From Octopus sinensis (lineage: Eukaryota), in assembly GCF_006345805.1 (NCBI RefSeq), contig NC_043003.1, positions 73,470,001-73,534,000 of the forward strand: a DNA stretch of 64,000 nt, given 5' to 3'. The notes beneath the pieces were generated by a model that made no database searches, had not been told where the DNA came from, and saw nothing but the letters and a program-made list of their open reading frames with translations. Of this stretch, positions 12,990 to 26,526 are shown one piece after another. Position numbers and translations under genes: made by a program. How positions within the stretch are numbered: position 1 is the stretch's first letter; each line of letters starts with the position of its first letter.

Positions 12990-13380
12990 TAGCAAGAGGT
13001 TAAAAGAAAAGGAAAGGAAGGGGGCGAGAGCTGGTGAGAGAGATAGATGGAGAGTGATAGAGGGAGAGAGAGAGAGAAAGAAAGAGAGAAAAAGAGAGAG
13101 AAACACAGGGAGAACCGTAGCACATTAAATATACATAAAAATTGTGAACTAGAAAGTGAAAGACAGGGAGTGGTGTAATAAAACATATACACAAAGCGTG
13201 TTAGAAACAAAGAGAGAGTGGGAGAGAAAGAAAGGAAAAACCTGCAGGTATGTGTGGAAGTGAGAGGAAGAGCGTATGTATATGTGCATGAAAGGGAGAG
13301 GGAAGGATATAGAGAGTGAGGGAGACAGAAAGAGAGAAGTAGAGAAACAGAGGGTGGTGAAAAATGTAGACGAGTGATCT
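12990..13380. repeat. Purine-rich (GA-rich) low-complexity tract
   Basis: Direct reading. Confidence 0.85.
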
Positions 13381-13705
13381 TCAAAATGACTGCTCAGCAG
13401 TTGAATTTGAGTTGATAAATTCTCTAGAGAAATCTCCTATAACAAGATTGTGCAGTTCGTAATCGAGTTAAATACCACATTATTGCAAATCTATTCTATA
13501 GTGGCATCAAAGAAAAAGAACACAGGGTCTGATGGCTGGCTAAATTAGTAAAATTCGAACGTTCAAGCAATAAATCTAAAAGACTGATTATAAATCTGTG
13601 TGTGTTTTACTGCCGCATACTGATAGTATGTTTATAGCATTTTCATAGACAGTGAGACACATAAACATATCTTCAAATACACGCAAGCGTATATATATGT
13701 GTATA

Positions 13706-13728
13706 TCTATCTATCTACCTATCTATGC

Positions 13729-13792
<64 letters not shown>

Positions 13793-13830
13793 ATTTATAT
13801 GTGTGTGTGTGTGTATGTGTGTATGTATGC
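13706..13830. repeat. (TCTA)n plus (TG)n microsatellite
   Basis: Direct reading. Confidence 0.93.
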
Positions 13831-14482
13831 ACACCCACGTGTTGATGTGTAGCGAAGGAAGTATTGATACATATGTGTGTAGGAATGTGCATGTTTTAGC
13901 GTGCATATAGATAAAGGCTTGCATGATTACATCGACATTAAAGTTGATTTATTCACAACTGAAATACAGTATATAATCAAAATCATACTCTGTATTCTTA
14001 TAGACATATAGTTTCATTTATAAATATATGAATACTTACAAATATGTGTATACACACGCAAACACTTAATTACAACTATGCACAGACATTCACCACACAC
14101 ACACACACACATACACACGCACACTTACATACTCGCATGTGCACATGCGAGACGGGATATACAAATTCAGATACTGATGTTGATAGATAGACAAATAAGA
14201 GAGAGGTTAACGGAAAGCAGTTCTTAAAGGCAAGACATATTCCATCACGTGGTTTAGCATCATTATCGATCAGTACATTTTGTGTTGTTTAAATTAAAAC
14301 CTGAATCCCACTCCAAGTCTTTTTAGATTTAGATGACAGTCCTTGTTATTCGTCTTCATCTCAGGAGTTCATATTTAAAAATATTCAAACTCTACATATC
14401 TGCAATAATTTTAATATACTACGTACGCTTTTAATTAACAATAATCTGAGACGACCATATCAACTTGTAATATACATTCTTT

Positions 14483-14635
14483 GTATTAGTATAACGCTCA
14501 GGAATTGAAAAAGTCCTTTACGTTTCGAGTCTATGCTCTGCTACAGAAAGAACACAGAAACAAGGAGAGAAAAAAGTGTGTTGTGGCTACGTATGTATGT
14601 ATGTATGCACATATATATACCTGCATATATACAAC
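14483..14635 (-). repeat. Repeat family B unit (putative PLE tail) with degenerate hammerhead-like motif at 14515-14550
   Basis: Near-identical to 15540-15690. Minus strand reads CTTT-CTGTAGC-A-GAGC-ATAG-ACTC-GAAA-CGTA-AAGG. Confidence 0.7.
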
Positions 14636-14639
14636 GACT

Positions 14640-15025
14640 GAAGCGGAGGTCTGTCACATGAGTCATTTTAGAAATTTATTTTCCCTAATGAAGGAGTTAG
14701 TGACCAAAACTGAATGTATCGTTTTTATGACTGGACAACCAGACCCCCAGAAGCCACCGTAGGATTATTAACTACATTAGTAACACCCAAACTTTCTATC
14801 TTACAAAAATCTTAACTTTTTTATGACTTCGTTCTATAATCTGCAAGACGACCTGTGCTCAGGTGCACCACAACTTGTCAGAAAGTGCATATAAAGTACA
14901 TGCAGTAATGTAAAAATGTCTGGGAAGTGAACAGTGTATGAGTCAGATACATGCCTGTGTGTGTATGGAGGGGATAAAATCAGGTGCAGTGTTGGCGAAT
15001 CTCAGAAAGCATGGAAGTTTTGAAG
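14640..15025. repeat. Unclassified interspersed repeat, possibly a LINE 3' tail
   Basis: Complex, higher-GC block resembling a recurrent octopus repeat from recall; no diagnostic protein motif read. Confidence 0.35.
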
Positions 15026-15040
15026 TGTATTTAATTTCTA

Positions 15041-15227
15041 CGCCGGCCTAATGCATAGCTGTATTTCGCTTGTCTTTACGTTCTGAGTTCAAATTCCGCC
15101 GAGATCGACTTTGCGTTTCATCCTTTCGGGTTTGATAATTTAAGTACCGGTCGCGCACAGGGGTCGATCTAATCGATCGGCTCCCTCCCATAAAATTTCG
15201 GGCCGTGTGTCTAGAGTAGGAAAGAAT
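15041..15227 (+). mobile_element. Octopus-type tRNA-derived SINE, 5'-truncated
   Basis: ctttacgttctgagttcaaattccgcc (B-box-like)..gtcgat..aaaatttc..agtag.aaag is shared with 22415, 23116, 36207, 48385 and 61965. Confidence 0.85.
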
Positions 15228-15442
15228 GTATATTTAATGTATGTATCTATGTATTTATATATTTTATATATCTACTTCTAATGTATTGATTACTCCATAT
15301 ATTTTTATATATTTATATATTTTTAATATGCTTGATGTACTGAATATACTTTTGGAAAAATTCATGCATTTTGGGTCTAGAGCTGAATAAATATAAATGT
15401 ATATGTGAACTGGATTTTCCTAAATTTGATTCTTACTTTTAC

Positions 15443-15475
<33 letters not shown>

Positions 15476-15477
<2 letters not shown>

Positions 15478-15842
15478 GGGGGGCATAATTCACGAAAAAA
15501 GAAAACAAAAGGCGAAGACAGGTGTAGAAAACAAACAGGTGTATTAGTATAACGCTCAGGAATTGAAAAAGTCCTTTACGTTTCGAGTCTACGCTCTGCT
15601 ACAGAAAGAACACAGAAACAAGGAGAGAAAAAGGGTGTGTTGTGGCTACGTATGTATGTATGCACATATATATACATGCATATATACATTTATATATGTA
15701 TGTATATGTGTGTGTGTATGTATATATATACATGCATGTATAGGGAGAGTTTACGAAAAAACGTAAGACGAAGACAGGTGGTGTACAAAACAAGCAGATG
15801 TATTAGTATAACGCTCAGGAATAGAAAAACTCTTTTACGTTA
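15476..15842 (-). repeat. Repeat family B, about 1.4 tandem units of ~265 bp, hammerhead-like motif at 15573-15608
   Basis: gaagacaggtg..tgtattagtataacgctcaggaat..tttacgtt occurs at ~15513-15582 and again at ~15771-15841. Confidence 0.75.
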
Positions 15843-15880
15843 TACATGCATATATACATATATATATGAATATATATGTA

Positions 15881-16148
15881 CAAAAATTCTATAATTATAA
15901 CGATAATCATAATTAGGGTTCAGCAAAAATTGCTTCACCACATACCTAAATTTATAAATAGCAGTTATATACTATTTCACCTGGGTGAATTCGTTATTTT
16001 TTTCTATTTACCTGCGTGACTTGAGAGTATTACTGATATCTCATGTTAGTGGAATAGTATTTAACTGCTATTTCTAAATTTCGGTATGCGCTGAAGCAAT
16101 TTTTGCTGAACCCTAATTATAATTATGCTTATAATTATAGAATTTTTG
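15881..16148. mobile_element. MITE with ~87-bp terminal inverted repeats and TA flanks (Tc1/mariner-type)
   Basis: TA|caaaaattctataattata..gggttcagcaaaaattgcttca..agcagtta is the reverse complement of taactgct..tgaagcaatttttgctgaaccc..tataattatagaatttttg|TA. Confidence 0.88.
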
Positions 16149-16223
16149 TATAAGGTTACTTGGTAAAATTATTAATTATTAATTAATTAATTAATTTTAC
16201 CCTTTATTATCATTGGTAATTTA

Positions 16224-16266
<43 letters not shown>

Positions 16267-16369
16267 GTATATACATATATATATATATATGAGTGTATAA
16301 AATCTATTGACGGAGAGAAGACCACTATTTGGTCTTCTGAAATGCTAAAAAGGTCAGTCAAAAAGTGGT

Positions 16370-16890
16370 ATATGTTTCGAGCTTACACTCTTAAAAAGAA
16401 ATCAATAAGAGAAAATAAACAGAGAAAATGAAACAAAACTGTAGATTTAGTGGTTAAGCATGGCGACTTATTACAAAAAAATTTTGAAAGAAGTTGGACG
16501 AAAGGCAGACAATAAAGTGATGATGAGCCCACATGAATGTGCGCGTGCCTATGTGTGTATATGAGAACATACACACATAGATACATAGTGGTATATGTCG
16601 TGACGCTATTGAAGATTGTGTGTAGCTGTGTGGCTACTGGGAAGTGGTCAGTAGTAGTGTGTGATCTGGTGTGGGGTGGTTTAGTGGGGTGTGATTGTGA
16701 GGGTGTGGGGTGGAGTGGAGTGTGTGTTTAGGGTGGTGCGTTATCAATGAAAAGAGGTGGGTAGATGTGAAGAGAAGAAGTAGGTATCAGATGAAGAATG
16801 GAGGAGAGTTGAGCCCACGTGGCGCAAAGGAGCTAAGAGAGATCGTACGTGGTCCAGCTGAGAATATTACTGTATCAGACATATTTTATT
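16370..16890 (-). mobile_element. Neptune-like PLE extreme 3' end with degenerate hammerhead-like motif (16374-16398)
   Basis: Minus strand at ~16790-16850 reads SLSSFAPRGLNSPPFFI*, like the L..L.P.GLN end of Neptune-type endonucleases. Downstream is GAGT-GTAA-GCTC-GAAAC. Confidence 0.5.
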
Positions 16891-17404
16891 CAGTCCTATA
16901 ATATCCGTTATATCCTTGTTTTATAAGACCGAAGATTTGGGTGTTAATTCTAGTAGTTGAAGCGGTCAAATACAGGCTGTCTAGTTGAAATACGTTTTCA
17001 GTTTTACTATGATTCATCTGCTATTTAACATTTACTGCTTTAAGCGTGTTACGTATATAAATGTATACATTTAATTGTGTGGTTGCACGTACCAACATAC
17101 ATACATTCGTGCATATTTAAGCAGTATTATATTCGTTGATGGAAGTATAGTTGAAAGTTTAAAAAGTTCATTTCTCAATCACGAAGGATCGAGTTGCATC
17201 ATGCTGTATGTCATTTAGTCAACTATCTTTTATTATGGATTCGAACTGAATTCTACAAAGTTGAATTAAATTATGTAGGCGAAAACTTAGTTGATGATTA
17301 TGTTCTTTTCCAGATTACTTCAAACTGTGTCCTACTGACTCTATATTAAGTCTATGGCTTTCCCTTCTAATTTATTGAAGAGTTTCAAACCTCTAAAACA
17401 AAAG

Positions 17405-17830
<426 letters not shown>

Positions 17831-18696
17831 GAGAGGCGAATGTTGGATAACGAGTTTGAAACCTAAAATAAACAGAGAGGTGTGCAAAATATTTATAATG
17901 AACTCATTTGGAAAGTTCTCGATTTATTGAATACAGTTATATACAAAAATCATCAACTAAAGCAACACATTCCATTCAGCGGAAAATTGATTTTTATATA
18001 CAGATTCTAACGAAATTCGAAAGCGAAATGCAATAAGATTGGATTTTATTTATCTGAATGAATCGAGTTAAGAAAGATGTTATAAAGAAACCGTTGCAAT
18101 ACTTAATAAAACAAATTTTGTTAATACGAATCCATTTATCCAAGTGTTCTTACAATTAAATGATGTCTGAAGGAAAGAGTGGTTTTTTAAAGAATACATG
18201 ATCAAACGAAATCTTTGAATACGTATTTCTTCATTTTTCTGTTTTATATTTTTGATGCTATTTCCAAACAGTTCAAGATAATTTAAAATCAAAAACGCTA
18301 TCGATCCATAAATTTGTAAGCATAAATGATGTAAAAGTAACGAAAATAAAAAGAGCAAAAACAAATATAAAATATATATACGATTTTCTTGAAAAAATTT
18401 TTGATTGGTTTAATGACACGTTATAGCATCAAAGTAGAAGAAACTAGCTTGAAATTATTAATAAATGGCAGTATGTCAAGGCATCTCTTCTGCAACAAGT
18501 TTGCTTTGTAGAAATGGGAAACGACGTTAATTAGAAGGAGATATACAAATGAATAAATAAATAAGGAGATCAAATAAATATAAAAATATCACCGATAATT
18601 TCAACCAAATATAGAAATACTTCGTTTTAGATTATATATCCGGGCTTAATTAAAGACGAGTTTAGACGGCTGTGCTTCTTCAAAAAGCCTTCCCTT

Positions 18697-18697
18697 A

Positions 18698-18741
<44 letters not shown>

Positions 18742-18999
18742 GACAACAACAACAACAACAACCAATATTGTTGCTGCTACTGCTGATGTCCTGCCCCCCC
18801 CTCCGCCTCATCTTCACCTATTCCTCCTCCTCCCACTACTACTACTGATGCTGATGCTGCTATTATTGCTGTTGCTGCTGATGTTTTACTGCTGATGCTT
18901 TACTGCTACTGCTATGATGAACACCAGCAACAACATCAACATGAACATCAATACTCTACTGCTGCCGTTGCAATAACAATAATAATAATAATAATAATG

Positions 19000-19078
<79 letters not shown>

Positions 19079-19117
19079 TACTATTATTATGAAAAATTTA
19101 TTATTATTATTATTATT
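18697..19117. repeat. Trinucleotide microsatellite complex: (TAC)n, (CAA)n, degenerate (CTG)n, (AAT)n then (ATT)n
   Basis: Direct reading. Confidence 0.92.
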
Positions 19118-20379
19118 GAACAGTACAATCCATATTATCACCGTATACATACACATGATTGTTCACTAATATCATCATCGTCATCATCATCATCATCATA
19201 AGTAATATTTTATATCTTATTCATCAATTTCTTATCTTGACAGGCTTTGGCAATTCAGCAGTACGAAGTGAAAGTAACAGTATCACACACACACAAACAC
19301 ACACACACACACTCACACGCGCGTGCGCACAGACACACACACACACTGACGCACACAAACTTGTACACATAAGAAGGATGCTATATGCACAAAAATACTC
19401 GTTAGTACAAACGTGCACACAGAAATACGCACAAAATGCACAAACTCGTAAAAATATATAGAGACACCTAATAACGAAGTAAATCAAAGAAAGAAAAGTG
19501 AAAACAAAGCGAAATAAAGCGAGTGAAGAACATTGCCAATGAAGCGGTTATAAGATTGGAAAGAGTTGCGAGATGCCAATGATTATTATTGCCATTTTGA
19601 AGAATGTTCTTATTTGTAAGATATAATTTGAAATTAATATTATATGTGTAGATGGCTAAACGGATCTGTCAGAACAAATTCAAAACGTAAAGAAGAAAAA
19701 AGGAAACTGTGTACAAGTGTAATGTAATTAGCCAACTAGAAATATAGCGAAGTCAAATGAGTCAAGAATCGTAACACACACGCACACTCACCTCCACACT
19801 TCCACACTCACACACACAAACACACAAACAAACACACATATATATATACGTTAAAATCGAAAAGTGGGAGCGAGTGCTCTAAACCATATTAGTGGTTAAA
19901 TATTCTTTATTTCTCGGATAACAAGACTAAATATAATTTTATGTGAAGACATCATCACAATTCCTCAAGCCACACAAGCGTAAGTCTAGTTACCCTTCAC
20001 CATTTTGGTTCAGATTACAGGTGTTTTCATAAGACTGGCCGATATTTTGCAATAGATACACAGGTAACTGGAGATAACTTATAGGAATACATTCATTATT
20101 ATCTCCCTAGCATCATCTTTGGATTTTGCATTATATACAGCATTTCTGTATATAAATATATGAAATAGAAAGTATGGTTAATGTTTGTCCGTGGTTGAAT
20201 TAAAAAAGCACAGAATATTTGTTTTACAAAACTAAAGAATATATTAGAATCATTATATAAAAAGTGTTATACAATATTGTACAACATAAGTTTTTCTTCC
20301 AACATATTAACCAGTTTTGTTATCGCTTTTCAAATTTTGAGTTTTGGATGCAATTCTGAATTAGAGATTATGTTTGCTA

Positions 20380-21400
20380 CTGGGAATAATTGGTAACCAA
20401 GGTATTTTTCAATAAAGCGGGGTGGTGTAAATCTGTAATTCATACTATTGGTTTGCATTTGGTTCTGGCTTATATCCTTCGATAGATGTGGAAAAATCTT
20501 TAATTCTCAATATGGATTTGTATTTACTTCTGGCTTCTAATTTTCGATAAATGAGGCCTCTTTATTTAGTCGTACCTGTGTTGAGGTCCAAAGAGCAAAT
20601 TGATACAATGCGAAGATTAGGAATTGTGGTTGCAGTTGTTTGGCACATCTGTCAAAGTGTTCACTGAGATATATCTGGTGATATTGTGGGGAAGATATAT
20701 GTTGTGTATGGACTGTACATGTCCGTCTGAGAAAATTCCTGTCGACCCCATATAGTTTTTTTATGGCAGCCCGAGCATCTGATTACATAAATGAAATTTT
20801 CAGAGGCGCAAGTGAAGTTGGATATAATTTTGAAATTTTGCTCTTGTCTAAAATGGAATTCTGATCCTTTCAAATATTGGGACATATTCCGCAGTTAGAC
20901 GACCACATTGTTTACTCTTGCGACCAATATTCTTGAGTATAATTTAGTATTTGTAAAGGTCTCCTTTAATGTCTATGGTTGTTTAGTATTTGTAATGATT
21001 TTATGGGTATCTGACTATTAACGAACCCCAAACCTGCAAACTCCGGCTAAGAAGGCCAGCTTCTTAAGCATTTGGTCACAAAATATTAATTGGTTAAATA
21101 TCTAGCAACTTTATTCTCATTCGAATAGCATATAATATCCATATTGTATACCTTTTGGTAGTCCAGCGTTCTTACTAATGTGCTCTACTTCATTTCTGGG
21201 TGTCAGCACGATATATAAACAAGCCTTCGTGATCTACCAAACCTGCACAATTAAATTTCCCGATAGTTACGTCACCATGGTGTGAAACACCGTAACCATC
21301 GGAAAATAACAGCTATATCCAAGCGATCATGATAAAGTTAATATGAGTTTCATATGCTGAGAAACTTCGTGCCATAATCATAACATCCAAAATGCCGAAA
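20380..21400 (-). mobile_element. Neptune-like PLE, degraded RT-linker-GIY-YIG fragment
   Basis: ORF 20661-20885 has FTCASENFIYVIRCSGCHKK, frameshifted into YMGSTG. Upstream are a KQCGRxNCGICP-like Cys linker (~20880-20920), IITNTKQP (~20965-21000), CFTPW (~21275) and a GTKF..AYxN-like remnant (~21345-21375). Confidence 0.75.
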
Positions 21401-21844
21401 ATTGACGAGTTAAACTCTACTGCCGAACCTGGTGAAACCGCCGTTAGATTTAACTTTGATACAGTTAAGTTACTTAATTGTTGTAATATTATATTTATAA
21501 CACTATAAATTCGTAACTGATCAAAGTAAATGAGATTTAATATGTCAGCTGACAAAGGCTAGCTCAATTACTTCAGGTATAAAAGTTACATATAGTGATA
21601 TAAGGGAATTATACTATGTGGTACTTCAGTATTACAGTATAGGTGTTATATACAACCGTCTAATATAATGTTATACCTATAATTTTATATTTTATCGTTG
21701 ACTTCATTATGGATTTTACGCTTAGTCTTCGTGAATGTTTTAGATATAATCAATATTATTACTATCTTCCTCCTCTACCTCCTCCTCTTCCTCCTCCTCC
21801 TCATCATCATCATCATTCTCATTATTCTTCTTATTATCATTACT

Positions 21845-22370
21845 GAGAGAGCAGAGCGTGCCATCAAAGTGACACTGAAGTACAAATATACGAATCCCAA
21901 TATACCCATCATGACTACCCGTCTGATAAAGGTACTCCAGACGCATGCATCACGGCCATATGCTAGCGACTTGGGTATCTCATATTACGATAAACAACTC
22001 ATAACCTCGCAGGTAGGGTCCAGTTAGAATTGTCTTCAGGTTGATTAGCCCATCCCGCTCAAAAGGTCCCTGAATAAGTGTTGTTTAAGGATGATGAACA
22101 AAACACGTTTCCAGAGGTGAATTACACAAACTCCAAAGAATTCTTCTCAACACATGGCTATAATGCTTTCCCACTACTTCTGCTCGTCTTCAGAAATGCA
22201 CATATTGTTAGCCACTAATCGACATGTTCAACTGGTTAAGGTCCTGCAACTGACAAGCAAATCAGTGGCATTAAGCAGAACATTGCTGTAGCCCATCTTT
22301 TATACCAAGACAAAACTATGTACATAAAACTTCCAATCAGTTAAGATGAAAAGCCATGAGAGCCACTGCG
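21845..22370. repeat. Unclassified interspersed repeat 'X', longest copy
   Basis: gagagagcag..tgccatcaaagtgacactg..tatacccatcatgactacccgtctgataa matches 49433-49690; the 3' half matches 4880-5120. Confidence 0.85.
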
Positions 22371-22414
22371 TGGTGATTATTATAATAATTATTATTATTA
22401 TTGGTATTATTAAG

Positions 22415-22627
22415 TTTGTAATCTGGCAGAATCGTTAGCACGCCGGGTAAAATGCTTTGCAGCATTTCGTCTGTCTTTACGTTCTGAGTTCAAATTCCAC
22501 TGTGGTCGACTTCGCCTTTCATTTTTCTGTATCGATAAATAAGTACCCGTGAAACGCTGGTGTCAATGTAATCGACTATCCTCCTTCCCCAAAATTTCAG
22601 GTCTCCTGCCGATAGTTGAAAGGGTTC
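22415..22627 (+). mobile_element. Octopus-type tRNA-derived SINE
   Basis: tggcagaatcgttagcacgccggg (A-box-like head)..gttcaaattcc (B-box-like)..aaaatttcagg..gaaagg. Confidence 0.85.
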
Positions 22628-22800
22628 TTCTTCTTCTCCTCCTCCTCCTCCTCCCTCTTCTCCTCCTCCTCCTCCTTCTTCTTCTTCTTCTTCTCTTCTC
22701 CTCCATCTTCTTCGTCTTCTTCTTCCCCTTCCTCCTCCTCTTCTTTTTCTTTTTCTACTTCTTACTAATATTATTATTATTGTTGTTGTTGTTGTTGTTT
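22628..22800. repeat. (CTT/CCT)n, (ATT)n and (GTT)n low-complexity tract
   Basis: Direct reading; source of the poly-E/G/L ORFs. Confidence 0.92.
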
Positions 22801-22804
22801 TGCT

Positions 22805-23030
22805 CATGACGCAGTGGTTCAGTTGGTGAAATCACGATAGCTTGATCGTGGGTTCAAATCCCGGACAGAGCATCGTGTTGTGTTCTTGAGCAAAACATTT
22901 CACTTCACGTCGCTCAGCGATCATTTCGACATCTGACGTGGCCCCTGTACAGGGAATGTCGATTTGATGGAGGGTGTGAGCCAATGTACAACATATACAT
23001 TTGATCGTTATAAACAAATCATTTGTAAAA
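22805..23030 (+). mobile_element. tRNA-derived SINE, second family
   Basis: gcagtggtt..ggttcaaatccc (B box) followed by tgtgttcttgagcaaaacatttcacttcac, also seen at 55498 and reversed at ~46400. Confidence 0.7.
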
Positions 23031-23115
23031 ACAGCTTATCAAAAGCTGACCACTCATACATCGTTTTCGACAGGAGTGTCCATCACATTATCATTATTAT
23101 TATCAATAAAAAATA

Positions 23116-23275
23116 TAATCCTTTCTACTATAGGCACAAGACCTGAAACTTTGGGGGGAGGGGAAAGTCGATTACATTGACTCAAGTGTTACACTGGTAC
23201 TTGTATCATCGACACCCAGAGGATCAAAAGGCAGAATTCAACCTTCCCGAAATATGAACTCGGAAAGGAAGGGCT
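23116..23275 (-). mobile_element. Octopus-type SINE, reverse orientation
   Basis: aatcctttctactataggcacaag..gtcgattacattgac..ctggtact is the reverse complement of the SINE tail. Confidence 0.8.
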
Positions 23276-23329
23276 TGAAATCCCAACTAGCATTTTGTTT
23301 TGGGTAGTGTATACACACATAGAAGTATA

Positions 23330-23600
23330 CATATACATTGATGGTCATAGCTTCATCTTCACAGTTAATTGCCGTCTCCTCGTGCATTCCTGTTGACAAT
23401 GGCATTTCTGAATTTCCATCTATGACTGGTCAGATGACTGTTCCATCCTGTTGCTGATCTGCAATGGTTTGAAGCATAGGTGACACAGGAAAGTTGTACC
23501 TTACTGTACGATTTAACCTGGTTAGTTCTGCACAAATCCTCATTCCTCCATCACCATAGGACTTTCAGTCAACATAAGGAGGCATTTGTACGTTACTGGA
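23330..23600 (-). mobile_element. Possible RTE-clade LINE 3' relic
   Basis: Minus frame CRSATGWNSHLTSHR resembles the CRSxxGLxSHxxxH C-terminal motif of RTE elements. Confidence 0.35.
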
Positions 23601-25820
23601 TTATAGTAATAAATGCTTGTACAACACGTGTAACATTCTCTGCGTCGCCTAGATCAGTACATACTGATAGACCAAAGTAAGATTATCACTGATCAAGGGA
23701 AACCTCAGGGTGTCCCTATTCTAGAAAGATGAGCGAAAATAGTTAGGTGTCCCTCACTCACAATGGTTTTACTGTGTCATCTGGCTACAATCATACGTCA
23801 TGCGAGAGGTAGTTAAAATATAAAACAAGAATATTAACGAGGTATGTCTATAATAGTAACGATTTCGATGTTATTATTGTTGAATCAAACTGAAACAATT
23901 TTTAATTAAAATAATTTATTTTCTAGGTCAGAATGAATTATTGAAATAAAGACGAGGAGATTATGAAAACGGAAGATGAGAGATAAGAGAGCAAAAGAAA
24001 ACTTATATGGTGGTATAGAAAGCAAAACTTAACCCTGATTGCACGAAAATATGTGAATGCATTAAAATACTTAGCACGTATATACATAAACAGTTACACT
24101 CAACAAATACAACTACAACCATAAACGATCATAGAAGCTTTTAAATAAGCAGAATGCCAGCATAATTCTCAGACACATCCAGAAAACCTACATAAGCTCT
24201 AACACTTATAGGTAGATTTGACACGCTGATCTTAATAAGATTAATGTTGCTGCAACAGATGTGACTGCATGGTTGAACTTAGAATAATTCACGTTTTTAA
24301 AGCTAAATAGACGTAAAGATCACTGAAAGTTCATGTACATAAATTTTACAAACAGCTTATAATTAGATTAATTAACTATTCCATATTTCACCTTCAGTAT
24401 GTTTGATACGACTTTACACGAAGTTGCTTAACAATTTAGTAATCACTGGATTCAATTGGTAATCGTTAGAAAGCAGTCTTATAACTTTTTATTTTATATT
24501 TTTAATTACTATTCATATATATACAAATGGTTTCTTATGATGCCAGAGATTACGCCACATCTGTTACGCAGATCAAACGTATACACATGGGCTTAATATA
24601 GTTTTACCGCCAAATTTTGCTCTTCATTAACCATTCTGTCTGTACAAATAAAGATAACAAACGTGGGCATGATATATATAAGAGCTCAAATATCTGTTGC
24701 AAAATAGCTGGTATAAACAACACACACAAGCCTCAAACAAATTTCTTTTGCCTTAGGCGTGTTATAACAGATAAAGTCTTCATTTTAATTAGACAGTTTA
24801 GCCTTTAAGCACAGACCATTTTCGCAGAAAATAATATAACATGGGATTTCAACATTACTACAAACAATTATATTGAAGTTTTCGTACATGTTACTTTCAA
24901 ATTTCATATAAAAAATATCATAATATACATTTTATATTAATAGATTGCCAAGCATATAAACATATTTTGTAAAACCTGATAAAAATATATCACTGAGAAT
25001 ATCTTCCATTTGTTCTTCTCACGATTTCAAGGGTTGTGTATTTTATAACTATGTGTTACTTAGGAATAATGGATATAAAGAGAGCGTCGAATTAGGGTAG
25101 ACTTCAAAGTTGAAAGACGTGTTCTACTGGTACACTCTTCCAACCAACAATCTTGTAATTTTTCTTGTAGTCAGCATATTTGCTATCTCACAAAATATAT
25201 CTAATATCTACATACAACTTAAAAAAACATATTCTAGTAAACTCTAACCTGGACTGAATTAATAAAAACATATGTATGCACCAGGTAACTCATACGTACC
25301 TTCAATTTTAACTATCATGCTTTACAATTTTCTGATTCAAGAACGCCGTCTAAGCAAAGAACTTGTACACCGGATATTGGATTATGAATGAACTTCCTGG
25401 AATCTAGATTTCATCAACACACTTGAAACATCACATACAAAATCACACAAATCAACGTTTCATGGAAAATGTTATTTCAGTCCAAATCATACCCTTGCAA
25501 CATTAAGCCGTGTAAGTTGTTTCTTCAGCAAAAGTTCAAAATGTGAAATAAAAATTCTTCAACACATAATTAAAAATAGGAAATTTTAAAAGCGTATTGA
25601 TTTTCCGGTTAAGGAACAGATATATTCATCTACACATTTTGCATAATTTTAAAATGATTTAAAATTATTTAAAAATATTTAAAAAATAATCTTTATGGCC
25701 TTTTACTGCTCCATTTTTAAATGTTTGAACACTTAAATTGGTTGATTCTCTCCAATACAAAAGTCACACAATTGTATAGTTAATTTACTTTCTTATAAAT
25801 ATAAATATATATATATATAC

Positions 25821-25825
<5 letters not shown>

Positions 25826-25855
<30 letters not shown>

Positions 25856-25920
25856 TGTATGTTGTATGTATGTATGTATGTATGTATGTATGTATGTATG
25901 TATGTATGTATGTATGTATG
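25826..25920. repeat. (TATG)n microsatellite
   Basis: Direct reading. Confidence 0.95.
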
Positions 25921-26462
25921 TGTGCGTATACATTTACATGTCATACATAATCATGCGTGTATGTTCCTGTCTAAATTTAAAATAACGGCTTCCCTTAACA
26001 AACATTAGTGCATTCATAGGTGGTTCTGCCTGGGTATCTGATTAAACTTTCGTGACTGAGTGTAATATTTCCCATACAGGACATTATATGGTTATTGTAG
26101 TATTTTAAATTTCAGTTACATTTTCATATAGCTTTTAGAGAGCAAATGTTTAGAGTACGAGTGTATGTGCATTGAGTGTGAAGTTTGTATAGGAATATGT
26201 TTATTACAAGGATGTAAAGACTGGATGTGAAGGTCTCAGTATTATGTATGCTGATGTATGCGTATTTCGATGGCGCTAGCGACGCGTGTTTCAATGTTTT
26301 AAAATCATTTTGTTGAGAGAGCACGGTTATTGATGATACGCGTGAATGCATGTTTACTGATGTGTCTTCAGATGCATAAAATTAAGATTTTGTTCAAGAT
26401 TAATGTTTAGGCAGGCACTTTAAATATTTTAAAGCATTTTCATATTCTTAACTCATTTCTTT

Positions 26463-26467
<5 letters not shown>

Positions 26468-26525
<58 letters not shown>
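26468..26525. repeat. (TAC)n microsatellite
   Basis: Direct reading. Confidence 0.95.

Positions 26526-26526
<1 letters not shown>

Noticed and set aside
21255-21306. Hairpin tttcccgatagttacg / cgtaaccatcggaaaa
   Set aside because: It lies in the decayed PLE RT near the catalytic motif; likely local rearrangement or chance, with no functional signature.
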